64,000 bases of DNA from Paragordius varius. Its lineage: Eukaryota; Animalia; Nematomorpha. The position numbers and the translations under genes are program-made. The stretch's first letter is position 1. The number at the start of each line of letters is the position of its first letter. The notes under the pieces are model-generated. The model saw only the letters and a list, made by a program, of their open reading frames with translations, ran no database searches and had not been told where the DNA came from. Shown one piece after another: positions 1-12,416 of this stretch. The stretch covers positions 7,378,001-7,442,000 of the forward strand of contig OZ176050.1 of assembly GCA_964247055.1 (NCBI GenBank), in the 5' to 3' direction.

Positions 1-1044
1 TCTGAAATAAAAATTATAACTCGATGGAAGAATTTTGTATAATTTAATTTTTTTGATTATGCGCCCTCTTTATCAAAATATTACTAAAAAATGTTTCTTT
101 GAAAATATTCAAGTAATGCCCATTTGTAATATATCATTCGAAAGAGTATTAAAAACTCTATAAAATGCATACTAATATGTATTACATCGACAGTTAATAT
201 TGGACACATAGAGCGACAAACGCGCGAAGCGAGAGCATTTTTTTAATTATTATATTTTTAAAACTAATGGATGAAAATAGCTCAAACTTTGTTTAGATGG
301 AGATGAATATCCAAAAAAGATAACACAAGAAAGTTTTTTTTGATTAAAACATTTTTTATTGCTTTTATGTCACACAAAACAGCCATTTTTAAGTTTTTTT
401 GTTTTTAAAAATTACCATCTCATCAATAATTTATTTTCTTTACAAGGCTGATAATTTCGAAATTTTAAAGGCAATAACAAAGTTTAAGGTATTTTAGATC
501 TTTTATTGCCATTATGTAATAAATTTACAGTTATAACTATGCATTTTAGTATCCACTAGGTAAAATATTTATGATAATAATAATTTTTATTAAAAAGCAA
601 ACCAAAAGCTTTTTCAAACATTTTTTTAAATTAAATACTAATATAACCCTAATAATTATATTAAAATAATTTTTATAATTTTTAAATTAGTTTGTCTGTA
701 AAAATTCTTGACTTATTTAGGAATTGAAAATTTCGACCATTTAAATTCAAATAACTTTTACATCCGATTGATTTTAATGTCTTACTACCATTTTAAAGAT
801 TCAGTTTTTTGCGCTCTTTCGAATGATATAAAATACATGGTTTAATATCTAAAACTTTAAATTTTCGAAAATTCGATTTTAATGTTAAATCGGGGCCAAA
901 AATTATCGATAAACTCTAATATAAAAAAATACTTCCATGCTAGACCAATTTTCTTTTCAGATATACTAATTATGTACTTTGATGAAATAAATTTTAAATT
1001 TACAAGAATGGCAGTTAAAAAAAGTTAAAATTTGTTGTCTAGTG
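1..1044 (-). mobile_element. Non-autonomous DNA transposon (MITE) with CACTAG terminus, truncated by window edge; inverted copy of 43646-44760
   Basis: Bases 1-1044 are the near-identical reverse complement of about 43646-44687. They end in TTGTTGTCTAGTG at 1044, the same terminal inverted repeat. Confidence 0.85.
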
Positions 1045-2095
1045 AACACAAAAAATGCTGATATATTAATGGTATATATCTTTGATTTTACAAGGCCCTT
1101 GTGCATTATGCAAAATTTTTAATTTTGGAACATATTCTTTGTGCATGTTTAAATTTTAACAAAAAAATCAGATATAATACTTTTAACTATGATATGCATA
1201 TATAAAATATCAAACTTAACTACTATTTACCATAATTGCTAAATAACTTAGCAATAGAAATTAAAAGTAAATTATAACCTTTGGAGAGATTTGGGAAGAA
1301 GGTATTTGAGATGATGAATTAAACGGTAAATTAATCGATGTTACTACAATTTTATTGGATGAATCAAGAAATCTATGATCAGAATTATTCATCGAACTTT
1401 TGTCTCTCATAATTTGTAGAAAATATTAAATATTTATATAATTACTGAAAATATGATGTAATGAGGTGTGTGTCCCTTCTCTTACTCTATATAAATGTTG
1501 CGAAATAGAACTGTTTACAACTTATATCTCTTCAACTTAGCCAATCAAAAATATGTATTTGTGTGGTGTGTTCATCGTCATACCGGTTTTTCATCCAACT
1601 TTTTGGCCATTTTATCCTCTAGTCATTTTTATAACAAAAAATATAATTAATGATAATGGCTTATAATAAAAATATTGCTACAAAAATATTTTGTATTGGA
1701 GCCAAACTTGTATTGAGATAAACAATTGTTTGATAGTTCAGAGAACTTCATTCATACAAGCAAAGCCACTTAGAGATTCATTGTATGGTCTGCAATTAAT
1801 TATAAATTTTAAAACTGTTTTACCAAATACTTAATTATTTGATATATGTATAAAAGGAACAAAAGTCAAATAAAATGTGGTGTGATTTTGTCGCAATAGT
1901 GGTGTGTTTTAACTTTTGCTGTTAAAACTCTTAATTTAATCTCTAGTTCACCACATGCGAATGACGTAATTATCATCTTACAATATTAGCACATTTTTTG
2001 TGATAATTTCACATCAAATAAAATTTATTATATATATATATATATATATTAAGGTATGATATTATGCCAACAATAAATCATAAATCCGGTAAAAA

Positions 2096-2595
2096 TTAAA
2101 TTATTATTTGATAATCGGCTGCCAAGAGGGCATCTTCATCAGGGAGTATCATAGTTTCTGGTGGTATATAATTTGGGTCAACAAGAGGCAAACCATATTT
2201 TTCACGACGAGCTAATTCAAAGAAAGCTTCGCGTGTGATCCAATCACGATCCCTTAGATTAGTTTTTCAATATTACTTTATAATGCTGGGGCGAAATAAA
2301 AGAATGAAAGTTACACCAACAACAAAAATAGATATGCCTAGAAAAAAACTTTCCCGTGCTTTCCAAGTATCAAGAAATTGATCTGTATCATGGTACCCAA
2401 AACTTACCCAATTCTAATATTATAATCTAATTATACCGGATCATGATAATTTGTTTTGAATTTGGCATCAACTGCTGATATTTTTTGATATAATATATCC
2501 TCATCAATTTTGGGTTGTGGTCCAAATTCTTTAGGGCTTTCTAGAGTTTTTGGGGTGGGCAATCGAAGATATTTGACAAAGCGTGCAAGTGCCAT
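2096..2595 (-). CDS. NDUFB11: NADH dehydrogenase (ubiquinone) 1 beta subcomplex subunit 11 (ESSS), 150 aa, 3 exons
   Basis: Exons complement(2437-2595, 2277-2413, 2096-2252), 453 nt, with GT-AG introns of 23 and 24 nt. Translation: MALARFVKYLRL...DP|NWVSFGYHDTDQFLDTWKARESFFLGISIFVVGVTFILLFRPSIIK|DRDWITREAFFELARREKYGLPLVDPNYIPPETMILPDEDALLAADYQIII*. This has the NWxSxG motif, one TM helix, and the W..REA..EL.RRE..GLPL..PNY and terminal III motifs of invertebrate NDUFB11. Not in the ORF track. Confidence 0.9.
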
Positions 2596-4473
2596 ATGAT
2601 AATATTTTTCATATGGTGTATATTTGTAATTTTATTTTTTTTACCGTTTAACACCTTCTTATCCTTATTTTTTTGTAGCCGTTATATTTTGGATGTATTA
2701 TATTGTTCATAAATTTTTGTTACAAAATGTGTGTGTTGGTTAATTAAAACTTCATTCCTCTCATTTTATTAACGATATTTGGTTCAATTTTGCATCTCAG
2801 AGCAGAAACTTCTAAATATAAAACTATATAAAAAGTTTTTTTTAATTTAATTATCATCCATTTTGATCGTGTGTTAAATATAAACTTGAACTCTTTGTAA
2901 TGTAAGGAAAGGTCAAAATTTAAATATTAACAAACATTGTTCTTCTATACCGCGGTGCTCAGCATAAATTTTTTGATAACTTGATGGACTAAAACTTAAG
3001 ATATAAGACTAGAAAAAGATAATTTTTTTCTACTTATTTAATTATAAATAACATTTATGTCGCATACGAGGTTGATTAGAAAAATACAATGAAAAAACGC
3101 GTCAACGAAATTATATTCGTATATCCATACCAGTGGTATTCAGCAAAAAAACTAAACTGCCGGACTTTTCTCTCAAAAGGCCATTCGCCGCATACTAACG
3201 ACTAATATCGAATAGCTATTTGATCTTTTATATATATTACCAAGTCTGTAACAAAAATGCGCTTTGTTGAATAATAATAAAAAAGTAAAATGACCTTTTA
3301 GGTAGACTCTTAACCACACTAACTATATGAATTTCAGCTTTTGGCATAGTTCATGAGCGTAGATTAGTGTATTTGATCTAAAAGGCTTATATTTTTTATA
3401 TATCTCTCTAGGAGTCCATAATTAGGTACCTCCACCCACTGATACAAACAGCTGATAACATCAATAATTATCAAAATTTGTTGCTATGAAAGCTTTCTAA
3501 ATTCACTTATTGACACTATTTAATCATAATCATCATTTATTAATATTTTAGAGATTTTTATACATAAAAAAATAGTGGCGAAAAACTTTGAAATGCCTAT
3601 TATTTGAGATTTTAAATGTTTTTAAAAATTCATGCGCCCGCGATAACCCATTTTTATATGCCTTTTTAATTATTTGTATTAAAATTGCTTTAAGGTGCTA
3701 AGCTACTAGAAAATAAAGTGCTAGAATCGCTGGCATACAAATTTACCCTAAAATGTAATAGTTAACACTTCGATTCGATTCGGTGTATCTGAGGACAACA
3801 GACTATATTTAATTGAAATTTTATTAAAAAACTACTGAAACAGTTCCAATTGAAATTTATACTTTATCCTAAAAATTATATAAATAAGCCAAAATATCTA
3901 AATAAAATTTAGTTTTGAAAGAATTATATACCTACTTCAACGCCATTTTTATTATACTACATTTTCGAAAAATTTCGTGTTTATTTGATTCTATCGCTAA
4001 AATTAAAGCTAACCTTTATTTAAATCATATCTAACATTGATATAAACAGAAAAGGAGATTTTATTTTCATTATTTTTATAATTTAACACACATATGTCAT
4101 GTTGACTGAATTTTCACCTTTAGGTTTATTCAACAAAGTAATACTAAGTTTTTGAATATTTTCTAATATTTGGTGCATCAATGTTAAAAAGTACAAACTT
4201 TTGCAATGGTTTTATTTAATTCATGTTTTTTAAAATATTTGATTTTCAGGTCTCGTCCTGAAGGTCTTAATTTTCGGACGACTGTAATGAATATCTATAT
4301 AAGTGTTAAAATAGCACTCAAATTCTTCTAACAGCAATTAGTTTATTTAAATAAAGATGTGTTGTCAGAATATAATCATAAACTTAAAACTCAATTTATT
4401 AAATTTTATTATACACAGTGTGTCTGAAACATATTCGGATGAATATATATTCTGCTCGAAAAATAAATATTCA

Positions 4474-5474
4474 ATGTGCTTTTGGTTTCGGCTCTTAGGA
4501 GTGATTCAGCTTTTTACAGTTTTGTGGTAACGGCTTGGTATCAGAAAATGGTATAAATTTCTAAAATTATGATAAATAAAATATTTTGAAAAATTAATGT
4601 TATGCCATAAACGGCGTGTAAAAGGTAAAACAATATTTTTATGAAATTTTAAAGTTGAATGTGGGCTCCGAAAGTCATAAATTTTTGGATCCGTCCAAAT
4701 TGGACAAGAGTTTTATAATATTTTGAAGCATTTTGGTAATAGTATGTAATAATATACAGTATAGATAGAGTATCCTTTTTCCTTTTATATTAAATGGTAA
4801 AATCATAAATTGTATATGGACATGTGAAGGCTTTAACACTCGCCTGCCCAGGGCTGACAGTGATGATGAAAAAATTGAATAGTTTCGGGGTTCGAACGCT
4901 GGTACGCAGTGTAAGAGTCCGGCGCCCTAACTACTATATCATCGCGCCTCTTTTGCTAATGGTATATGTCTTAAGATATTCTAAAAACCGAAACATTTCT
5001 ATCACATTAGAAATTCAATTTAAAGGTTAGTCTAATTATAAATTTGGGGAAATTTTCTAAATAAAACGAATATTTTAGCTGAATGTTCAGCATCATCGAA
5101 TTATACAAAAAAAAGTTATTTTAAGCGTTTTTATATCGTTTCATCATGCCACAAAATAGTATGAAGTATGCTTCAACTAAATTTTGTTCATAATTAATTT
5201 TTGAATTAGGCATTTTTTCAAAAATGTGATTTTTTGATTTCATAATCTAACATATATTGAAAAAATATATTTCGTAACCCCCATCTAATAATTAAATTAT
5301 TCTAAAATATTGTTTTGTAAATTTAATATATATTATTGATCCTTTTTGGAAGCAAACGTTCAGCGTTCACCAAATAAATTTTTTTAGCATAATAATTCTG
5401 CGATTTTTGGAAATGGAGCATTTGCGACAAATGTTTAAATATTTCTTATTTCTCTAAAGGCAACTAAAAGCACC
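4474..5474. mobile_element. Degenerate MITE of the GGTGCTTTTGG-ended family, with a SINE inserted
   Basis: Left end ATGTGCTTTTGGTTT at 4474 and right end AAAAGCACCA at 5474. Subterminal segments (GGGCTCCGAAAGTC; TGGAGCA...AAAGG) match the copy at 7946-8987. Confidence 0.45.
4776..4950 (-). mobile_element. tRNA-derived SINE, copy 1
   Basis: The minus strand begins GAGGCGCGATGATATAGTAGTTAGGGCGCCGGACTCTTACACTGCGTACCAGCGTTCGAACCCCG, with Pol III A-box-like (TAGTAGTTAGG) and B-box-like (GTTCGAACCC) motifs. A unique body and A-rich tail follow. A second close copy lies at 56163-56331. Confidence 0.7.
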
Positions 5475-5479
5475 AGTAG

Positions 5480-5510
<31 letters not shown>

Positions 5511-5899
5511 CCATATACAATTCAATTTCACCCTTAAACAATTCAAATTCACCCTCGAACAATTCAAATTTATCTTTGAACATTTCAAATTGACCCTCAA
5601 ATAAAATATTTGTTTTTTGAGATTATAAATTACCTATATTTTATATATTTTTAAAAAATAAAAATTCTATTTTAAATAAAAATAATACTGAAAAATAATA
5701 AACTATACCATAAACATATATTTATATTAATAATGAATTATATTAGTTCGAAAACACATAATTTATTTTTAGGGTGAATTTGAATTGTTCAACGGTGAAT
5801 TTGAATTGTACGAGGGTGAATTTGAATTGTTCGAGGGTGAATTTGAATTGTTCAAGGGTAAATTTGAATTGTTTAAGGGTGAATTTGAACTGTAAATGG
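5511..5899. mobile_element. Foldback-type element with 21-bp subterminal tandem repeats, inserted in (TA)n
   Basis: The left arm has about 4 units of AACAATTCAAATTCACCCTCG and the right arm about 6 units in inverted orientation. Termini are CCATATACAATTCAA and (reverse complement) CCATTTACAGTTCAA. (TA)n tracts flank both sides. Confidence 0.75.
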
Positions 5900-6659
5900 T
5901 ATATATATATATATATATATATATCTTAATATATGTATTTCATGCGGAAATTTTTATAATCCCCTCCCCCGATTATATAGATATTAAAAATATATGTATT
6001 ATCATAAAAAGAATGTATCAGTACTATCGTATTGCTTTTGGTTTTGGGCCTGAGTGATATAAGGAAGTTATTACTACTTTTTTGGTATTTAATCCACATC
6101 AAAAATTGTGCCCTCTCGGCGCATTTATAAATTATATTCACCGCTCTTGGATTCAAATGGACCTACACGTTTTCCGGTCTATTATTTCAAAGTCATATTT
6201 TAAAAAACACGGAGTGGTTTAAAAATAAGGGGCTAATTAAAAGAGAGTATTACGCCTCGGAGCTTTCGTAAAACATTAAAAAATTACCATTGAAGTTGAA
6301 TAGCACGTTTTAAGGAAAGTCGGTTCAAAGCGAATTTTTTTTCTTTTTTACTCGGGGGCCGAACTGAGGGGTCAATCAGCTTTTACACATAAAACAATAA
6401 ACAAAGTTTATTAATTAGACTTAGGCGTTTACATATATCGAACACGTGCTTAAAACCAATATTTTTTCAAAAAAACATATCTTTACACGCATAGGATTGA
6501 CCTGAGGGGCTAATTGCAAAAGTGGAACAGTCACTTTCTGCGCATTTATAAAAAACTAGTTGGCCTTGCCACGCTTCGCTGTGATGTCACCTCCAATAAT
6601 ATTTTGAAATTGTTAACGTAAATAAAAAAAAAAGATATTTATATTCTTATTACTTCATT

Positions 6660-6840
6660 ATCTTTTGGGGTGGTTTTATTCCTCAAGGTCATTCAGATAA
6701 ATATATTAAATAATTTTAGAATTTAAAAAATGCTTCTTAAACTTTTATAAATATCATACAAAAATATAAAAATGTAAAATTTTAAAAATCTCACCTCAAA
6801 CTTTTTTGCCGTCTAGCCCATTTTTTATATTTATTGATTT
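6660..6840 (+). repeat. Dispersed repeat family with TTTTGGGGTAGTTT-ATCCCAGAGCGATT motif
   Basis: Longer related copies at about 20280-20470 (-) and 45030-45230 (+). Motif-only hits near 7525, 20007, 20675, 45490 and 48250. Confidence 0.6.
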
Positions 6841-7871
6841 TGTGTCAATCCTTTTTCGATATATCTGAATTTCGGACTCTAGTTAATTAACACTTGGATA
6901 CAACACATTCATTTTAATCCTTCGATTCAAATTGGGGTAGTTGGATACCCCAGGCCTGTTTTAAATTTAATTCTTTAAAGAATATGGAAGTAGTCGAAGC
7001 CATGGCAAAGTTTTGCACTTATATAACATTAATAAACATAAATCTATAAAAATATTTATTCAAAAATACTTGATATTAGCTTTTAAGCTAAAAATTAATA
7101 AAAATTTAGTCAACGTGGCATGTGTGCAATGGTAAATTGAAATATAATACAAAATAAACCATTTTTCTATTTATATCAATGTTAGATGTAATTTTAATAA
7201 AAAATAGCTTTTGCCAAAATTTTGAAAAAAATGGCGTCGATAGAGACATGCAACTTTTTTTAAAAAACGAAATTTTAGTTAAATACATTGGCTTATTTAA
7301 ATAATTTTTATTAGGATTGAAGCATAATAAATTAGGGCTGTTTCCTTCAGTAGATTTTTAAAAATCATAAGTTAAATTTAATCTGGGGTATTTAAATACC
7401 CAAATTTGAATCGAAGTGTTAAAAGAGTTATCCTTGTATAATACAGTGTGATTTGATAATTAAATTTTACCCACAATAACTTTCAAAACAGTAGTTTGTA
7501 TTATTTTAAGCCCTGTGGTAGATAACTACCCCAAAATGTTATAGCATAAAAATTAAAAGTATAAAAAAGTGTAAACCATTCTTTCACGGTGTTGCGTACG
7601 CTCAACTATTGTTCCTATAAAGCGAAATTGGTGAAATAAATTCAATGATAATTGATTAATAAGGGACAGTTGTAATATGGCAATTTTAATATTGGTCAAA
7701 TGTTTAATTAAGTTGGTTCACACATATCTGGGAATGAATTTAAGTATAAAATGATAATCATATATGATCCTATTTATGAAGGAGATGATATGACTAAACG
7801 CCCCTATGGGTGCTTTCACGATGTGAATATATAACTAAATTTTTTTATTATTAAACAAAAAATTATCATGA

Positions 7872-7873
<2 letters not shown>

Positions 7874-7919
<46 letters not shown>
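7874..7919. repeat. (TA)n microsatellite
   Basis: Direct reading. Similar tracts lie near 2030, 5485, 5900, 27100, 28230, 32130, 41505 and 51172. Confidence 0.95.
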
Positions 7920-7920
<1 letters not shown>

Positions 7921-7945
7921 GATAGATAAATATATAAAGAATCTT

Positions 7946-8987
7946 ATGGTGCTTTTGGTTTTGTGCTTATTAGTGGTATATGAAAGTTATTTACAGTTTA
8001 GGGGAAGTACTCCATATCAGAAAATGACAAAATTTCGGATTTTTTGTAATGAACAAAGCCAAAAGCTACATTCCAAAAAATATTATAAAATATATCAGAA
8101 ATTCTGCCAGAAAATATTTTTATAATATTTTCATTCTCAGATATGGGCTCCGAAAGTCCCAAATTTTTTTACTTTTCTAAAATGAACTGGTTCTTTTAAA
8201 ATAAACAAAAAATGCCGGCATCGCGCAATAAACATTTTAAATTTATGCTACATTTTGAAATAAATAAAAATATTTTTTAAAAGGCCTGACCAAAACATTG
8301 TTGAAGCGTACTACTTTCTCTATATGATGAAAACGAAAGACGTTTTAGATATTATAAAAACACTTTTATATAATTTGATGATGCTGTATTCTATCATAGA
8401 ATTTTGATTAAAATATTTGTTTCTCTTCATATGTACTCAAATATGAATTTTTTTAGATAAAAATTTACCGAAATTTGAATGTAAAAGAACCTTTTATCAA
8501 AATTCTGAAGCGATATGTTCAGCGTCAGCAAATTATATATAAAGAGTGTTTTAACAATATCGAAAGCGTTTTTATAGTGTTTCCATAAAGACTAAAAATA
8601 GTAAGTGGCGCGCTTTATCAAAGTTTTGCTAAAAATTGAATTTTATAAAAGTATGTATTTTTAAAAAAAATTTTATGTCAAAGTTAGCATATATTTAAAA
8701 GTTTTATTTCAAAATTCTGGCATTTTTGCGTTTATTTAAAAAGAACGAATCGTTTTACAAAATTATTTGGGACTTTCGGAGCTCACACCTAAAAATTTTA
8801 TATTATAAAATATTGTTTTGATTAATAGAAGTTTATCATATATTTTAGTGATATTTTTTGAAATGAAGTATTTTCATCAAAAAAATTATTAAAAAAATAT
8901 GGCCAAATTTTGCCATTTTGAATATGGAGCAATTAGCAAATAAATAACTTTCTTATATCGCTCAAAGGCCAAAACCAAAAGCACCAT
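7946..8987. mobile_element. MITE with long imperfect terminal inverted repeats
   Basis: ATGGTGCTTTTGGTTTTG at 7946 pairs with CAAAACCAAAAGCACCAT ending 8987. Further inverted matches: GAAAGTTATTTA/TAAATAACTTTC, CTCCATAT/ATATGGAG, GGGCTCCGAAAGTCCCAAA/TTTGGGACTTTCGGAGCTC. Confidence 0.65.
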
Positions 8988-9378
8988 GATAATTCTAATA
9001 CATTTCACCAAGATGTTTTTTCATGACTCAACACTGCATAATGTTATAGTGTAAACGTTTGCCATGTTCACCCTCAATATTTTTCTAAGTTTTTAGTTTT
9101 AAAGAGGCCTGGGTGCAACTAGTCCCAATTAAAATTGTACTCCCACATTACAACATTTTTTAAAACAATAGCATAATCTTTTGATGAGTTACTCGGGTAT
9201 TTACGCCACAATCAGCTAATAATAAATGCGTTGGAATATTGAATAATATTAAATTAATATTTTAAATTAATATTTTTTAAAAAAAAATATTTTTTATATA
9301 GATACCAATAGGTAGAGCACAACGTCATAAAGTGTTCATTCATTTGTTTGTTTCCTTTACCTTGGTTGGTTTGAAAAT

Positions 9379-9571
9379 ATGCGAGCTAAGTGGAAGAAGA
9401 AACGTATGAGAAGGTACATTTTTTTTGATGAGTATCATGATGACAGAACTTATACTGATATAAATGATATTTGATTATGAGATCTGAAAATTTTTGATAA
9501 ACAAAATTTATTTATTTATATTTTTTAGGTTGAAGCGCAAAAGAAGGAAGATGAGAGCTCGTTCCAAATAA
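9379..9571 (+). CDS. RPL41: 60S ribosomal protein L41 (eL41), 25 aa, 2 exons
   Basis: join(9379-9413, 9529-9571) with a 115-nt GT-AG intron gives [25 protein letters not shown], essentially the invariant eL41 sequence. A pyrimidine-rich stretch (TTTGTTTCCTTTACC) lies just upstream. Too short for the ORF track. Confidence 0.97.
9421..9491 (+). ncRNA. Candidate intronic box C/D snoRNA in the RPL41 intron
   Basis: Box C-like TGATGA at 9426-9431 (second ATGATGA at 9437-9443), D'-like CTGA at 9455-9458, C'-like ATGATAT/TTGATTA at 9464-9477 and box D CTGA at 9484-9487. A weak T/A terminal stem gives about 70 nt. No target was identified. Confidence 0.4.
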
Positions 9572-12416
9572 TTCATGTATAATGAAAAATAAATCAACTT
9601 TTATTATATTCCTTATGTATGGGTATCAGTTGTTTAATTTTTCGGCATAATATTTTCTTTATGTTTAAAACTTTTTTTGGCTTGTACATGTAGATAAAAA
9701 TTAAATATTATCAAGCTCGAAGTATTTGATTTTGCAGCATTTAATATCATTTGTGACAACCTTACTAAATAATAAAATTAATTATATCTTTTCTTGGTCA
9801 GATTTTATTCTAGTTCATATGCATTTAGATATAGTTTTCCACGTATTTATTAAAAATTATTTCGGTATTGTCCATAATTATTTTAAATTACGTATCTAAT
9901 GGCCATAAACAGTTAATATTATATTGTACTTTCTTTAAAAAAGAATTTAACACGTAAAAAATATAATATACGGTGGTTTTGGTTACTAAAAACAATATTT
10001 ACGGTTATGCAAAAACAGTTTTGGTTCATATTTCCTAGTTTCTCTCACTTTTAATGTGAGGGTACATCCTGAATTGTTTGGTATTAATAAAAATTGCAGC
10101 GTCATAATTTTGTTTTTAGCAGCCGATCATTGAAATTGTTCTTAATGCCGTCGGCCTAAATAAGTTCACTAGCCTTAAATGAATGGCAATCTTTTAAAAC
10201 CTCGGTTGCACCCATCTTTTTTTCCACATATTTAATTATATGCTTATTTACAGTACATGGAATTTTAGTACTTTCATTCAAATTCTTTGAAGAGGACGGG
10301 CCAATTATTTTCATTTGATACTTAATACTGTTACGTAGTAAAAGCTTAAAATAACGAAAAATAAAACTGTCAGGTGCAATTTACTTAAGTGGTTTCAATC
10401 TGCAAAAAGCCCCAATCCTCTCACAGAAAGAGCCTTCATTTGTTATTGTTGCAAAGGCCGATTCCGACAAACTTTAACATTGAATATATTTTCTTCTATC
10501 ATTTTTTTACTATATCTACCGTTTAGTTCGGTTCATAGAGCGATTCTCTTTTACGAGCACTACTCACTTTTCAGAGTTGGATATCATATGTTACCTTAGT
10601 AAGAGCCTTTTTGCTGTATTAAGCTGCCAAGTAGGGAAATTTCGGGATTAATTTTGTTCGGAATAGTAGAGTTGAGTATTTTGTCTGCGCATTTTATTTT
10701 ATAAATTATCCTCCAAACCTATTGTTGAAAAATTTATTAATTATAAATAAAATCTATTTCTTGCAATCGATAAAAATGGCCAAAAGATTTTTTAACACAT
10801 CTTTTCAACTCGCTGACATTTTGAGGTAGTTTTCTACCTCAAACTCTTTAGTTAATACATTTGGGCTGAATTACTTACTTGAGCGAGTTGAAATTGATAT
10901 AAATGAATCATATTTAAATTTAGCGGCTAAGCTGGAATTTGCAATACTTTTAAACCAGAAAATTAGGATAGCATACAAAATCTAATTGAAATTAACAGCT
11001 GATTAATAGATTTTTAGTAGAATTATCTGATTTAATAATAATAATAGTTTTATAAAACCTCAAAAATAATTTGCTGGCAAAATGTGCGATACGACGATTT
11101 TTTTTAATTTAAATATTTATTAATATATAAATTACCATTAAAAGTTCAAGTTCTTAAACACTTTAAGGTCTCAACATTTTAATTTTGTTTACTATTATTG
11201 ATCTAACCATGTTTATTCATCTGTTCTATCATTTTTAATCTATTCTCTTTGTTTAACTTTAAATGTATATAAATTTTTTTTTCATACAACCATATTTATT
11301 ATTTTCTTAAAATTATTTCAATTATTTTAAGGTTTTAATATAAAAATATATAAGAAGTTTTGTGGGTGATTGTAATTTTAATCATTATTTATTTTAAAAT
11401 ATTGGTTAAATTGGACAAAATTAGTTCGAAACAAAAAAGTATTTAATAAAATATTTTTTAATGAAAAATTATTATCGTTATACGCTAACTTTAAAAAATT
11501 AAGGATCAATTTAAAATGTTTAAGGACCAACCAACTTGAAGTGTTCAAGGACCAACTTGAAGTGTTGAAGTACACTCTTGTAACGCAAGTGGTATATTAT
11601 CTGCTCAATATAGATATTTGAGATATAATGGAAATCGTTCAAGTTCTGCAACCACCCGAAAAGAATAATTATTTAATTTTCCCATTATCTGTTTTAAGTG
11701 ATCTTTAGCTTAAACTGCTTGTTACGCATGCGTTTATAACTCAAATAAAATAAATGTCCCGATTTGACGTGAAGACAGTACCTCCTTCGCAAATCTCTCT
11801 TTATATATGGGAATTTAAAATTTCCATATTAAATATTATAAAAAATGGTTTTTTGCACAAAATTCTTTTAGCTGGCAGAAAATTGGCACACATTGCTAAA
11901 ACTAATTTGTTATCCTCAAAGGAATTATTTTGCCTATTAAGTATTTATTGAAAACAGTTATACTTTAAAGTGTCCTGTTTTGATTTTATAAAAAATTATT
12001 TGGTACACTTAAACAACAATATAAACAAACATATTTATAATTTAGTTATTAATCGTAGCTTACACATATTGACACAGCCAAATCAATTGACAATAGCTTT
12101 GTTTAATAAATAATATGATATTTTAGAAATAACTGTCAAACTATATAAAAAATTAGATATTGTTTTTAGAATAGAATTATCAAAATAAATTGTTGAATGG
12201 TTAAATTAAGCTATCAAAACACGCTCCTTTTAAACCAAACCTTCCATTGTTTTTATTCTTTAAAAAATGGTTTAAGGTGTAAAATGTTTGTTTAATTCGA
12301 CTGACCTTGGTCATCAATATCGTTTCTGACATCCTTTAAACTTATAAAAATAATAAACCACAGATTTATTTAAAGTATAAATTTAACGTTCATAAAATAT
12401 TTCCATGCATTCAAAT

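Noticed and set aside
5511-5899. Regular 21-bp repeats as a CRISPR array
   Set aside because: The units are directly adjacent with no unique spacers, form inverted arms, and the DNA is eukaryotic with no cas genes.
7868-8125. 85-aa ORF with YIYIYI
   Set aside because: Translation of a (TA)n microsatellite plus a MITE end.
10050-10700. Possible Tc1/mariner-like transposase remnant on the minus strand
   Set aside because: Only a faint resemblance (IAPDSFIFRYFK) and no recoverable catalytic motif, so it cannot be supported without a search.
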